This document shows positions 12,084-23,945 of a stretch of 64,000 nt of DNA, one piece after another. How positions within the stretch are numbered: position 1 is the stretch's first letter; each line of letters begins with the position of its first letter. A program made the translations under genes and the position numbers. This DNA is from Macrostomum hystrix. Taxonomy: Eukaryota > Animalia > Platyhelminthes. The notes below the pieces were generated by a model. The model searched no databases, was not told the DNA's origin, and saw only the letters and a list, made by a program, of their open reading frames with translations. The stretch is taken from positions 6,262,001 through 6,326,000 of the forward strand of contig CATNEN010000025.1 of assembly GCA_950097015.1 (NCBI GenBank), in the 5' to 3' direction.

Positions 12084-15000
12084 ATGTCGCCGGCGCACCT
12101 GTCCGGTTTAGACAGCCCGAAAATTGCGGCTGCTTTCAGGCCCGTGTGGCTGAATTATGGCGGACTCGCCTTCTGCACTTCCCTGCTGCAAAATGTCTTC
12201 CTTCTCTATCACGTTGACGCCTATGTGAATGTCTTTCAGGTGGATAAGGTGAGCCGCATTCAGATAAATTAGTTTGTATATTGATTTTTGAGTTGTCGAT
12301 TGAACACAGCCCGATTTAGATTCATTGGTAGATTAAAGGCTGATCAAACGGCATATTTAAAGCAGATTAAGATTTAAAATAGATTAATCCGCAGATTTAA
12401 GGCAGATTAAATTGCAGATTTTAAACAGATTAAGCTGCAGATTTTAGGGACATTAAGCCGCAGATAAAAGGCAGATTAAACGGCAGATAAAACTGCAGAT
12501 TTTAGTCAGATTAAACTACAGATATAAAGCAGATTAAACGGCAGATAAAACTGCAGATTTTAGTCAGATTAAACTAAAGATCTAAAGCAGATTAAACTGT
12601 AGATTTAAGGCAGATTAGACTGCAGATTTAAAGCAGATTAAACTGCAGATTTTAGTCAGATTAAACTAAAGATCTAAAGCAGATTAAACTGCAGATTTAA
12701 GGCAGATTAGACTGCCGATTTAAAGCAGATTAAACTGCAGATTTAGGGCAGATTAAACTGCAGATTTTAGGGAGATTAAGCCGCAGATCTAAAGCAGATT
12801 AAACAGCAGATTTAAGGCAGATTTGACTGCAGATTAAAGGCAGATTTAAGTAAGGTTGATTGTCAGATTAAACCTCGAATATTCGATTGAACAGCATGGT
12901 CTCGATTAATCGGCGAGATGCAGAATCCAATCGAACCCCACTCCCCCCAACCAATCCAGGCCTCATTCTGGCTAGCCGAGTTGCTCTTCCTCGTGTGGAA
13001 CTCCGTCAACGACTACGTATTCGGCTGGCTAAGCGACGGCGGGACACTCGCCGGCCGGCGTTCCGGTCGCATTGTTGAACGCCGGCTCCGTCTGCTGGGC
13101 AGGTTCGGCCCGCTGATGGCTGTCAGCTTCGCCATCATGTGGCTGCGCTGGCTGCCCGGCTGGCCTGCCCTGCAGTTTCTCATCTGCCTCTGCTTGTACG
13201 ATGCGTGCCTTACTGCAGTTGAGGTACGTTCGCTTTTTGACCGATTATTTTTCGATACATATCGGCTTAAATTTTTTATAGAGTCGGCACTCTTTAATGG
13301 GTCTCGTCTCTTACCTCTCCAGTCCCTTTGCTATCTAATTGTATCTGATCTTAATAATAACTGATTACACCTGCCCCAATTGGGCCAGATGTGCAGCCGT
13401 CAGCACAGCCGCACCTATTGCGCAGCGCATCTGAAGGCTGCGTACGGCTGTTCAGTCCATGGACTGGGGAGACCCCACAACCATTCTAAATTACCCCAGC
13501 TAATGTTGATACCCATTTAGCACAGCTGGGTGAACTGAAGTAATGCAGAGTTAAGTGTCTTGCTAAAGGACACAAATTCTTTAAGTGGAGTTGGGAATCG
13601 AACCCAGGACTTTCAAGTCGTGAGTCCAATGCTCTAACAACAAGGCTACCATCACTTTACAACTAGTCTTGCGACCTGATTTTGATACATATCGGGTGGC
13701 GACTTGTCGCTTATTGCGCTTTTGAAGAATGCACACTTCCTAGTCATCGATAAATAGTTTTTCTCAGATTCTCGTTTCTTCCATTTCCTCCCTCTATTTT
13801 CCCATTTTTTGTAACTGTGATCCAACTATTCTTTTTTCTATACATATCAGGTAGTGAGTCACGTTCATCTGTGAGCGGCATCTTGCTCTTCTCTATATAT
13901 AGACTATTTTTCTTTCTGCACTACCTTTTCGTCTCAGCATTGCCTCTGCATCTTCAAACATGATTTCGATACATATCGGGTAGTAGCCTTCCGCTCAAAG
14001 TGAGGTGACACTTTCTCAGAATGGGCCTGTCGTTTTTACCAGCTTCTTTCTTCACTGTCACTAACACCCTTCGCAATATTGTTGCATCAAACTTGGCAGA
14101 CGATACTAAACTTTTAGGTCTTTGTTTGCCTTTTTTAATCTAAGTTCGATACATATCGGGTAGGGGTATATCACTTATGTTAAAGCTTTTTTCCAAAGAA
14201 TTATCCATTCGCTCTTATCACTGCTTTTCATTTCTCTCTCCACCATCTCCTTATCGTTTTGCTTTTCCAGTGACCCTCTTATCCAATGTGATTTCGATAC
14301 ATATCGGGTAGTGGCCCTCAGCTCCCGCTCGCCCTGTGGGATCGACTAGTCGTTCCTCTCTGGCTCTCTTCTATATTATTGTTCCTCTTATAATTTCCCT
14401 ATGTTTAGACATATAGTTTCTGTGTCTTTCAATCTAATGTTTTGATACATATCGGGTGGTGCCCTCCGCCCCTCTAACCGTAGGTGCACTTCACCGCCCT
14501 GCAAGCGGACCTGACTCTGCGCCAGTCGGAGCGGCACCGACTGAGCCTTGGCGCCAGTCTGGGCAGCGGAGCAGCCGCGGTGTCCGTATTCGCCAGCTAC
14601 CTGGTGTGGGACCGTGTTCACCTGCTTCCATTTCGCCTATTCACAACTACCTTAGCCTGCCTAGCCTTAGCCGGCTATCTACTGTTTAGCCGCGGCATTC
14701 GATTAGCCTACGCTGCCTGCGCACCAGCTGAGCCCGACTCCGCCGAGCATCTGGAGCTCAATGAACAGCAGACTGCGCCATTCAAGCCACTCTGCACACA
14801 GCTGCGCGCATTCTCTGGCCAGTTATTGGCCCACAAAAACTTTGTCTACTTCTGCGGCACCCAACTATTGCAGGTGTTTCATTGCCATTTCAATTCCAAC
14901 TTCTTTCCATTATTTCTGGTGCTGTTGAATAGCGAACCGCAGGCAAACGCTTCCGCTGCTACCAGCGCGTCTCTGATTGGCTCGGCGGTATTGGCGGCCT

Positions 15001-16290
15001 CGTTTATTATGCCGCATCTAAACAATGTCGCCTTCCTGCGACTCTGCGACTCGCACGGCGCCTACGCCGTTGTTCGCGGCCTCCTATTGGCTAAGGCCCT
15101 GTCTGGCCTGCTGGTGCTGATGGCACAGCCCACTGGCGTCTTGCCGCTGGCCTGCCTGTTGCTTAGCAACAGGGTGTTCACCGAGGGCGTCTGCAAACTG
15201 TTAAATCTGGTGGTGAGTGCTTTGTGTGGGCTCCACTGAAACACCGCCTATTCATATATTGGAACACAGATTTCCCACATTTAAAAGCTGATTTCCCACA
15301 CTAGAACAGTGATTTCCCACACTAGAACAGTCATTTCCCACACTAGAACAGTGATTTCCCACACTGGAACAGTGATTTCCCACACTTGAACAGTCATTTC
15401 CCACACTAGAACAGTCATTTCCCACACTTGAACAGTCATTTCCCACACTAGAGCAGTCATTTCTCACACTTGAACAGTCATTTCCCACACTAGAACACTG
15501 ATTTCCCACACTTGAACAGTCATTTCCCACACTAGAACACTGATTTCCCACACTTGAACAGTCATTTCCCACACTAGAACACTGATTTCCCACACTTGAA
15601 CAGTCATTTCCCACACTAGAACAGTCATTTCCCACACTAGAACACTGATTTCCCACACTAGAACAGTCATTTCCACATTAGAACAGTCATTTCCCACACT
15701 TGAACACTGATTTCCCACACTTGAACAGTCATTTCCACATTAGAACAGTCATTTCCCACACTTGAACACTGATTTCCCACACTTGAACAGTCATTTCCCA
15801 CACTAGAACAGTCATTTCCCACACTAGAACACTGATTTCCCACACTTGAACAGTCATTTCCACATTAGAACAGTCATTTCCCACACTTGAACTCTGCGAC
15901 TCGGCCCAGGTGTCAGACCTAGTAGACGAAGACTACGCAATGCATCGCCGCGCGGAGCCAATCAGCGCGCTTATATTCGGTTCCACCGCGCTCATCAGCA
16001 AGCCTGGCCAGACCCTGGCTCCCCTGCTGGGCACCGCGCTGTTCTCACACTTTGTTGGCCGCGACCTCCTTGGCGCTGATCGGCCTCTGGCAGCTGGCGC
16101 CACCCCGCTGGACTCAGAGGCTCGGCTTGGCTGCTTGCGCGTACTGGGCTGGGTGCCGCTCGTCTGCGGCTGCTTCCAGCTGTTGCTGTGGACCAGGTTC
16201 AACCTTCACGGCGATAGGCAGCGCCGAGTTAAGGAGCTGTGCTACCGGCTCAGAGAGGGTGTCGGTTCTGCTGGGCTGCGTCTTGTGTGA
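12084..16290 (+). CDS. MFSD13A: MFS transporter-like protein MFSD13A/TMEM180, 4 exons, about 512 aa
   Basis: Exons 12084-12248, 12960-13223, 14484-15212, 15910-16290, all phase-0 GT-AG junctions. Family motifs: NVFLLYHVD, WNSVNDYVFGWLSD, QFLICLCLYD, HCHFNSNFFPLF, NRVFTEGVCKLL, SDLVDED, KPGQTLAPLLG. Confidence 0.93.
12340..12860. repeat. Degenerate intronic minisatellite built on GCAGATT(A/T)AA
   Basis: Dozens of imperfect GCAGATT copies in MFSD13A intron 1. Confidence 0.85.
13251..14460. repeat. Regularly interspaced short palindromic box array, TT(C/T)GATACATATCGG-GTRG, 7 copies
   Basis: Copies start at 13251, 13681, 13836 (variant), 13965, 14145, 14293 and 14441. ATACATATC is invariant; the spacers are not near-identical to each other. 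Confidence 0.9.
13362..13650 (-). mobile_element. tRNA-headed SINE family 1 with CORE-like central domain
   Basis: Minus strand has A-box/B-box (GTTAGAGC...GGTTCGATTCC), then GTGTCCTTTAGCAAGACACTTAAC...CACCCAGCTGT...AATGGGTA (resembles the CORE domain) and ends GGGCAGGTGTAATCA. Aligns with the other copies in the window. Confidence 0.85.
15260..15892. repeat. Intronic minisatellite, 21-bp unit TTTCCCACACT(A/T)GAACA(G/C)TCA/TGA
   Basis: Fills MFSD13A intron 3 to within about 17 nt of the acceptor. Confidence 0.96.
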
Positions 16291-16364
16291 CTGGCGAGCT
16301 GGGCGACTGGGTTGCACAACTAGTTCTGGATCTCCCAGATCTTTATATCCTAAACCACTTATTC

Positions 16365-16500
16365 TCAAATCCGAAATCCTCAAACCCGAAATCCTCAAAT
16401 CCGAAATCCTCAAATCCGAAATCCTCAAATCCGAAATCCTTAAATCCGAAATCTTCAAATCCAAAATCTTCAAATCCCAAATCCTTAATTCCCAAATTTT
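16365..16500. repeat. Short minisatellite, 15-bp unit AAATCCGAAATCCTC
   Basis: About 6 tandem units in the MFSD13A 3' region. Confidence 0.85.
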
Positions 16501-17229
16501 CGAATCCTTAATACTCAAATCCCATAATCCTCAAAACCATAAACCCTAAATTCACAGACTCAATTATCAGATTCTCAAATCTAAAATCCTCAATTTCCAT
16601 AAAAACCCAAGTCATCAACTCCCAGATCATCATTTCTCTTAAATGATGATAGAGTGTGATAGAGAGTGTATTCTACTTAATAATGAGAAAGTCGGGGCAT
16701 GTGTCGGGGCACGTGCATGTGCAGAAGGGCCCGCAGCCCTTCTGAAAAGATAAGTCCCAGATCTCCGTTTCCCCATATTTCCAAATCCTCGATTCCCGAA
16801 GACCTATAATCTGAGATCATGATACTACAGGTGCTTAGTTTTCTAGACGCGGTTATATATTAGTTATTCTGAACTATAAACACTAATTATGAATTATAGT
16901 GCAATATCATTATTGTTTTATCTTAATTAACAATTATGACGGTAATAATTTATTAAACAAGTTGATGTGACCAAGTGCTTGCTGAAATAGCTTAATATTT
17001 TCGTGAATTCCTTGCCCGCTGGATAAAACTGTTTTGTCACAAACGCCATCTCTATGTCATTATTACTTGTTGTAGTAGCAGTACTGAATAAAATATCGTT
17101 ATCTGGTGATTTTTCGAATTCTAATTTGAATTTTTCATTCATGTATTTAATATAACAGTGCTTGCTTTTTGCCTAGCCTTGAATCACAACTTCCATGCGT
17201 CAATAGCACTCTACACATATCAAAACTCT

Positions 17230-18000
17230 CATGAATCCCCATTCTCGAAATTCCCGATCCTCATAAATCCTCACGAATCCCAATCCTCACAAATCCCAAT
17301 CCTCACAAATCCCAATCCTCACAAATTCCAATCCTGACGAATCCCAATCCTGACGAATCCCAATCCTGACGAATCCCAATCCTCACAAATCCCAATCCTA
17401 ACGAATCCCAATCCTGACGAATCCCAATCCTGACGAATCCCAATCCTGACGAATCCCAATCCTGACGAATCCCAATCCTGACGAATCCCAATCCTGACGA
17501 ATCCCAATCCTCACAAATCCCAATCCTCACAAATCCCAATCCTGACGAATCACAATCCTCACAAAGCCCGATCCTCACAAATCCCAAACCTGACGAATCC
17601 CAATCCTGACGGATCCCAATCCTAACAAATCGCAATCCTGACGAATCCCAATCCTGACGAATCCCAATCCTGACGAATCCCAATCCTAACAAATCTCAAT
17701 CCTGACGAATCACAATCCTCAAAAATCCCAATCCTCACAAATCCCTATCCTAACAAATCGCAATCCTGAAGAATCCCAATCCTCACAAATCCTAATCCTC
17801 ACGAATCCCAATCCTCACAAATCCCAATCCTCAGAAAGCCCGATCCTCACAAATCCCAATCCTCACAAATCCCAATCCTAACAAATCTCAATTCTGACGA
17901 ATCACAATCCTCACAAAGCCCGATCCTCACAAATCCCAATGCCCACAAAGCCCAATATTGACAAATCGCAATCCTTATAATATCCCGATCCTCACAAATC
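17230..18000. repeat. Minisatellite, 16-bp unit GACGAATCCCAATCCT / CACAAATCCCAATCCT
   Basis: Tandem units with two main variants. Confidence 0.95.
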
Positions 18001-18769
18001 CCAATCTTTGCAAATCCCTTTCATATAAATATCTCTGTATTCGCAAATCCCAATCTTCGAAAATCCTAATCTCTAAAAATCCCGATTCTCAGAAATCCCA
18101 GTCCTCACAAAATGGAAAATCCTCACGCGCCAATCCTTGCTTTTTTGTTATTGTATTTAATACCATCATCGAAAAATTTTTACTTATGACAATACTTTGA
18201 GAAGGCCGCCTACTTGACGTAATCAAAGCTCGCTATTCCGTTTCTGCCACTTGCACTGAAGCTTTCGTCAAACGAGTCTTTTTTTATTTAAAGATGCCTG
18301 CAATTGCTTCATCGCAACTGTCAAATTTCTGCTATTTTTTAATGCACCGTTTTCTCATGCTTACGACATCCTCACACCGACGCTTGGCTTTGCACAGCGA
18401 CTTGTGTTTTTTTCAGCGATATTTTTGGTTTTGCTTTTACTTCGTTTTTAAACTGGTTTTCTGTTGCTTTTCTGTTTCAATTTAGAGTAGTATTCGTATT
18501 TTTCTGTCAGGTTCAGCTACAAGGATTGAGTTGATTTCACCGCTGTTATTTTTCGGTGTCATGTGCTAGTATGAATTATGATTATAATACAATTGATACG
18601 ATTATTGGTTGTTGTAGCTTAAGGAACGCCAGTTTATATATTTTAATCTGTTTTCATTTGTTTTTTACAATAACTAAGTTTTAACTTTTTAACACGTTAT
18701 TCACTTTAAGCACTGGTCCAACTCAATATCACTTATAATTTACACAGTTCAGCAAAGTTTTCCAGCACT

Positions 18770-19330
18770 AGAAAAGCCATTTCCCACACCTAAAGACTGA
18801 CTTCACACACACGAACACAGATTTCCCACACTAGATAATAGATTTCCCAGAATCAAAAGTCATTTCCCACACCAGAAGCGTCACTTCCCACACAAGAACA
18901 CAGATATCCCAAACTAGAACACAGATATCCCACACTAGAATACAGATATCCCACACTAGAATACAGATATCCCACACTAGAACACCGATTTACCACACTA
19001 GATAACGGATATCTCAGAGTCAAAAGTCATTTCCTACACTAGGGCACATTAGAACAGTCATTTCCCATATTAGAACAGTCATATCCTAAATTATAAAAGT
19101 CATTTCCCACATTAGAACACTGATTTCCCACACTAGAACACTGATTTCCCACACTAGAACACTGATTTCCCACACTAGAACACAGATTTCCCACACTAGA
19201 ACACTGATTTCCCACACTAGAACACTGATTTCCCACACTAGAACACTGATTTCCCACACTAGAACACTGATTTCCCACATTAGAACACTGATTTCCCACA
19301 CTAGAACACTGATTTCCCACACTAGAACAC
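18770..19330. repeat. Second array of the 21-bp TTTCCCACACTAGAACACTGA family
   Basis: Same unit and orientation as 15260-15892; ends about 40 nt before an acceptor-like site upstream of the TIR gene ATG. Confidence 0.93.
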
Positions 19331-19383
19331 CAATAATGTCTGACACATGATATTTACGTTTCTTCCGCAGCACCAGAGGCACA

Positions 19384-22300
19384 ATGGCCTCTACAGGCGA
19401 GGCGAAGAAGCCCGAGGACGAGGCGAAGAAGCCCGAGGACGAGGCGAAGAAGCCCGAGGACGAGGCGAAGAAGCCGGAGGACGAGGCGAAGAAGCCCGAG
19501 GACGAGGCGAGCGAGTCCAAGCAGGCGCCAGAGGAGCAGAAGACTGGGGAAGAGGCGCAGAAATCTGAGGCACCAGAGAAAGCTCGCGTGCAGACAGACG
19601 AAGAATATCAGAATTTCCTCACTAAAGTCATGAGCAATTTCGGCAACCTGTTAACCAATTTTGAAAAGTACATGACGTCAAACACGCCCGAGCAGGCTAC
19701 AGCTCAACCGAGGCCGTTAATTGAGTACCTGTCATGGGTGAACGAATTCTATGGCCAGATGGGCAAATTCAAGATGACAGAGAGGCAGCTATCGGGCTAC
19801 AGGATCAAGGCTGGAGCCAGGTTAGCACAATTCCCCGCCCTAATTGACGCCCTGTGCAAGTGTGTCGTGTACTTGTTCCAGCTGCACAAGGAGGACCTGT
19901 TCGAAAGCAGCGCCGAAGAGGATGAGACTCGCTTTGAGCATGAGAACATCTATGCGACATTCATCCTGGCCAACTTTCACAACTACTCAGACTGCAGCCT
20001 GGAATTCTGCGTTGTCTTGTCCAAAGCTGAGTTCTTCTTTACCGAGTTGGTCTCCCCCCTGCTAGTTGCCTGGTATGATTATCAGGAGAAAGAACTGTGC
20101 AAGAGGGTGATTAACAGCTTCCTCGGTATCACCTACAATATGTTCTTTAAGAATAACTCGGAGATCTACGACAATCTGTCACGCGCGGCCGTGGTGGACT
20201 CTGTGAAGCCATATTTGAAGAGCAAGGACGTTGAGCTTCAAGTTCATGCCCTCATCCTGATAGCTTTTGCACTGGATGAGAGTCAGGTAAGCTCTGCACC
20301 TACCTGACTGCACCTACCACCTCACTGCAACCACCACCTCACTGCACCCACCACCTCACTGCAACCACCACCTCACTGCACCCACCACCTCACTGCACCC
20401 ACAACCTCACTGCAACCACCACCTCACTGCACCCACCACCTCACTGCACCCACCACCTCACTGCACCCACAACCTCACTGCACCCACCACCTCACTGCAC
20501 CCACCACCTCACTGCAACCACCACCTCACTGCACCCACCACCTCACTGCACCCACCACCTCACTGCACCCACAACCTCACTGCACCCACCACCTCACTGC
20601 ACCCACCACCTCACTGCACCCACCACCTCACTGCACCCACAACCTCACTGCACCCACAACCTCACTGCAACCACCACCTCACTGCACCCACCACCTCACT
20701 GCACCCACCACCTCACTGCACCCACCACCTCACTACACTTACAACCTCACTGCACCCACAACCTCACTGCACCCACCACCTCACTGCAACCACCACCTCA
20801 CTGCAACCACCACCTCACTGCACCCACCTCACTGCACCCACCTCACTGCACCCACCACCTCACTGCATCCATCACCTCCTTGTTCCCACCACCATCCCAA
20901 TCGTCTATGGTAATCAGAACCTGGTAATTCTCTTTTTTACACTGTCCTTGAAATCCAGGCGGACCTCTACATGGGCGCCAAGGAGGTGATGGAATTTCTT
21001 GTCAACCATCTGGCTGAATCCATCGATCGTCCGGACCGCCGATCGAAGGGCTACCACACCATTGAGCTAGCTACATGTGTCAATCGCCTAGCACTGAACG
21101 ATGTCAACAAGAAGCTACTGATGGAGACTCAACTCCTGCCGGCCCTGCTAAGGATGTGCCGTGGTAATCGTGAAGACGAAATCTCAGCCGCCTTGGACAC
21201 TTTGTTCACACTCAGTTTCCTGCCGTCCAATAGGGAGCGAATTCTGGCAGTGTTTGGTGACGACCTGCGCAAGTTAATGAGCAGCGACACCAAGCGGCAG
21301 GATGGGCGTGGACTGTGGCGCGAGTCCAAGTCTTTGCAGGTAAGCAGCGCTCAGTGAGTAGCTAGATGTGGTAATCAGGTAGCTAGATGTGGTAATCAGG
21401 TAGCTAGATGTGGTAATCAGGTAGCTAGATGTGGTAATTAGGTAGCTAGATGTGGTAATTAGGTAGCTAGATGTGGTAATTAGGTAGCTAGATGTGGTAA
21501 TTAGGTAGCTAGATGTGGTAATTAGGTAGCTAGATGTGGTAATTAGGTAGCTAGATATGGTAATCACGTAGCTATATATTATATATTGCAGTCAGAAAGC
21601 TAGATTATATATAGTAATTAGATGGCTAGATAGGATTAAAAGGTACAGCTGGATATGGTAATCAGGTAACTAGATAGGGTGATAAGGTACAGCTAGAAGT
21701 TATTATCAGGTAGCTAGACTGTAGGTAATAGTCAGGTAAACTAGCCGTATTGATTACGTGGTAATCAAGTAAGTGACCAATCTGAGAAGTTTGCTAGATT
21801 ATTTGCTGTTGTCAGGTTGCTGAATATACTAATAGGCTCATCAAGTTGAGTTCGCAACAATGCAGGGCCTGGACTTCAACCTAGACGAGCAGCTAACCAA
21901 TCCGACTACGGGCGCCTCGCGCGCACCCGGCGGCGCCAGTCAGGCGCAGTCGGCCCGACCCCAGACGGCGCGCCAGTTGAGACGAAAGGCGACCTCTATT
22001 GATCCCGAGACTGTGCCCGAGTGTGTGCTTCAGGGCGAGCATGTTATGATCAGCTACCAGCACGAGTGCAAGGCTACGGTTGTGCGGATTAAAGATGCCC
22101 TGACAAAGGCTGGCATTAAGGTGAGTTTTATACTTGCATTAGGCTGCCATGATACTTGCCTCAATGGCTTAAATTTATTACACCTGCCCTGTCGTGGCTT
22201 AAAGTTAATTACACCTGCCCTTATCTAAAAACTAATTACACCTGCCCTTATCTAAAAACGAGTTACACTTGCCATTATCGAAAAACTAATTACACCTGCC

Positions 22301-23803
22301 CTTATCTAAAAACTAATTACACCTGCCCTTATCTAAAAACTAATTACACCTGCCCTTATCTAAAAACTAATTACACCTGCCCTTATCTAAAAACTAATTA
22401 CACCTGCCCTTATCTAAAAACTAATTACACCTGCCCTTATCTAAAAACTAATTACACCTGCCCTTATCTAAAAACGAGTTACACCTGCCCTTATCTAAAA
22501 ACTAATTACACCTGCCCTTATCTAAAAACTAATTACACCTGCCCTTATCTAAAAACGAGTTACACCTGCCCTTATCTAAAAACGAATTACACCTGCCCTT
22601 ATCTAAAAACTAGTTACACCTGCCATTATCTAAAAACTAACTACACCTGCCCTTATCTAAAAACTAATTACACCTGCCCTTATCTAAGAACTAATTACAC
22701 CTGCCCTTATCTAAAAACTAATTACACCTGCCCTTATCTAAAAACTAATTACACCTGCCCTTATCTAAGAACTAATTACACCTGCCCTTATCTAAAAACT
22801 AATTACACCTGCCCTTATCTAAAAACTAATTACACCTGCCCTTATCTAAAAACTAATTACACCTGCCCTTATCTAAAAGCAAATTACACCTGCCATTAGA
22901 AAAAAAATTGCACGTGCCCTTGCCTAGAAGTTAATTACAACTGCCTGTTTCAAGTTTAATTGCGTTTGCCCTGGCTAAGGTTCCATATTAACTGGGGGCA
23001 TTTGAAATACCCCGTGGTGTTTCTACTGCTAATTCAACAGTCATCGGGACCACCAAGTCGCATTACCAAACTGTCAGGTGTGGATAGACTACGAGCGCAT
23101 GGGCGAAGGCTCCACCCTAAGCGCCATGGCCGACGCTGTCGAATGCTCGTACGCCGTCCTAATCTGCATGAGTCGCAAATATAAAGAGTCCAACAATTGC
23201 CGCGTTGAAGCTGAATACGCCTGGCGCCTAGGCAAGAAAGTTGTGCCCCTGATGCTTGAGCAGAGGTACAAACCAACCGGCTGGCTGGGCATCATGCTGG
23301 GCGCCAACATCTATTACGACTTCAGCGGCAAATATCACTTCGATATTAAGCTGGGCGAGCTGATGCGGGTTCTGTCCGAGGCCAGGTCAGATGCCCGCTC
23401 CGTGCACGCGCCAGGCGAGGCGTCAGTCAAGGCGGTGTCGGCGCAGCCGGTTGGCGCCAGCCGGCCCTCGTCGGCTGCCTCCGTGACCAGCGCCGGGCGG
23501 GAGCATCATTTTCCGTCGGCCTATCCGACTCTGCCGCCGATTTCGTCCGTGTCGACGGTGTCAACGAAGAATCCGGGAATCCGCGCCTGGTCGCAGGCCG
23601 ATGCGCAGCGTTGGGCAGAGGAGCGCGGACTGGCTGCGGCGACTGCGGCCTGCCTCGGCAAGCTGGCTGGCGAGGAGCTGCACTTCCTGATTGGCTGCAA
23701 GCGCTCCGCCCCGGAGGCATTCTACAGGCTGCTGGACAAGTACCTGACCTTCGAGTCGTTGAGCGATTTGGCTAAGTTTGCCAACGCTTTGGATGATCTG
23801 TGA
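19384..23803 (+). CDS. ARM-repeat / TIR (TIR_2-like) / C-terminal SAM-like protein, 4 exons
   Basis: Exons 19384-20286, 20959-21339, 21836-22120 (this acceptor is the least certain) and 23078-23803. TIR motifs HVMISYQH...KAGIK|VWIDYERM...CMSRKYKESNNCRVEAEYA...GWLGIMLG. ARM-like INRLALNDVNKK...ALDTLFTLSF region. SAM-like WSQADAQRWAEERGL. N-terminal (EAKKPED)x5. Confidence 0.85.
20300..20880. repeat. Intronic minisatellite, 17-bp unit CACCCACCACCTCACTG
   Basis: TIR gene intron 1; begins about 10 nt after the donor. Confidence 0.96.
21357..21570. repeat. Intronic minisatellite, 21-bp unit AGGTAGCTAGATGTGGTAAT(C/T)
   Basis: TIR gene intron 2; about 10 units, then a degenerate tail. Confidence 0.93.
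22178..22900. repeat. Intronic minisatellite, 27-bp unit AAAACTAATTACACCTGCCCTTATCTA
   Basis: TIR gene intron 3. Confidence 0.96.
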
Positions 23804-23859
23804 AAGGCGCTGATGAAACTACATATTACTGATCGTGCAGAGATACTCATTGCAGAGCT

Positions 23860-23945
23860 TGTAGCCCATTGGAGCTTCTGAACCTGACCGAGAGGTCGGG
23901 AGTTCGATTCTCAGTCCAGTAAAAACAAATTGTGTCCTTAATTAC
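23860..23945 (+). mobile_element. SINE family 1 head fragment
   Basis: GTAGCC...GGTCGGGAGTTCGATTCTCAGTCCAG...TTGTGTCCTT matches the head and the start of the core. Confidence 0.55.

Noticed and set aside
13251-14460. CRISPR array or miRNA cluster interpretation of the box array
   Set aside because: Eukaryotic intron, no cas genes, spacers over 110 bp. No complementary arm near the boxes to form pre-miRNA hairpins. Kept as an unexplained repeat-spacer array.
21816-21835. Alternative acceptor GTCAG|GTT for TIR exon 3
   Set aside because: It puts the exon out of frame with the TIR domain and reaches a stop. The acceptor at 21835 keeps the frame.
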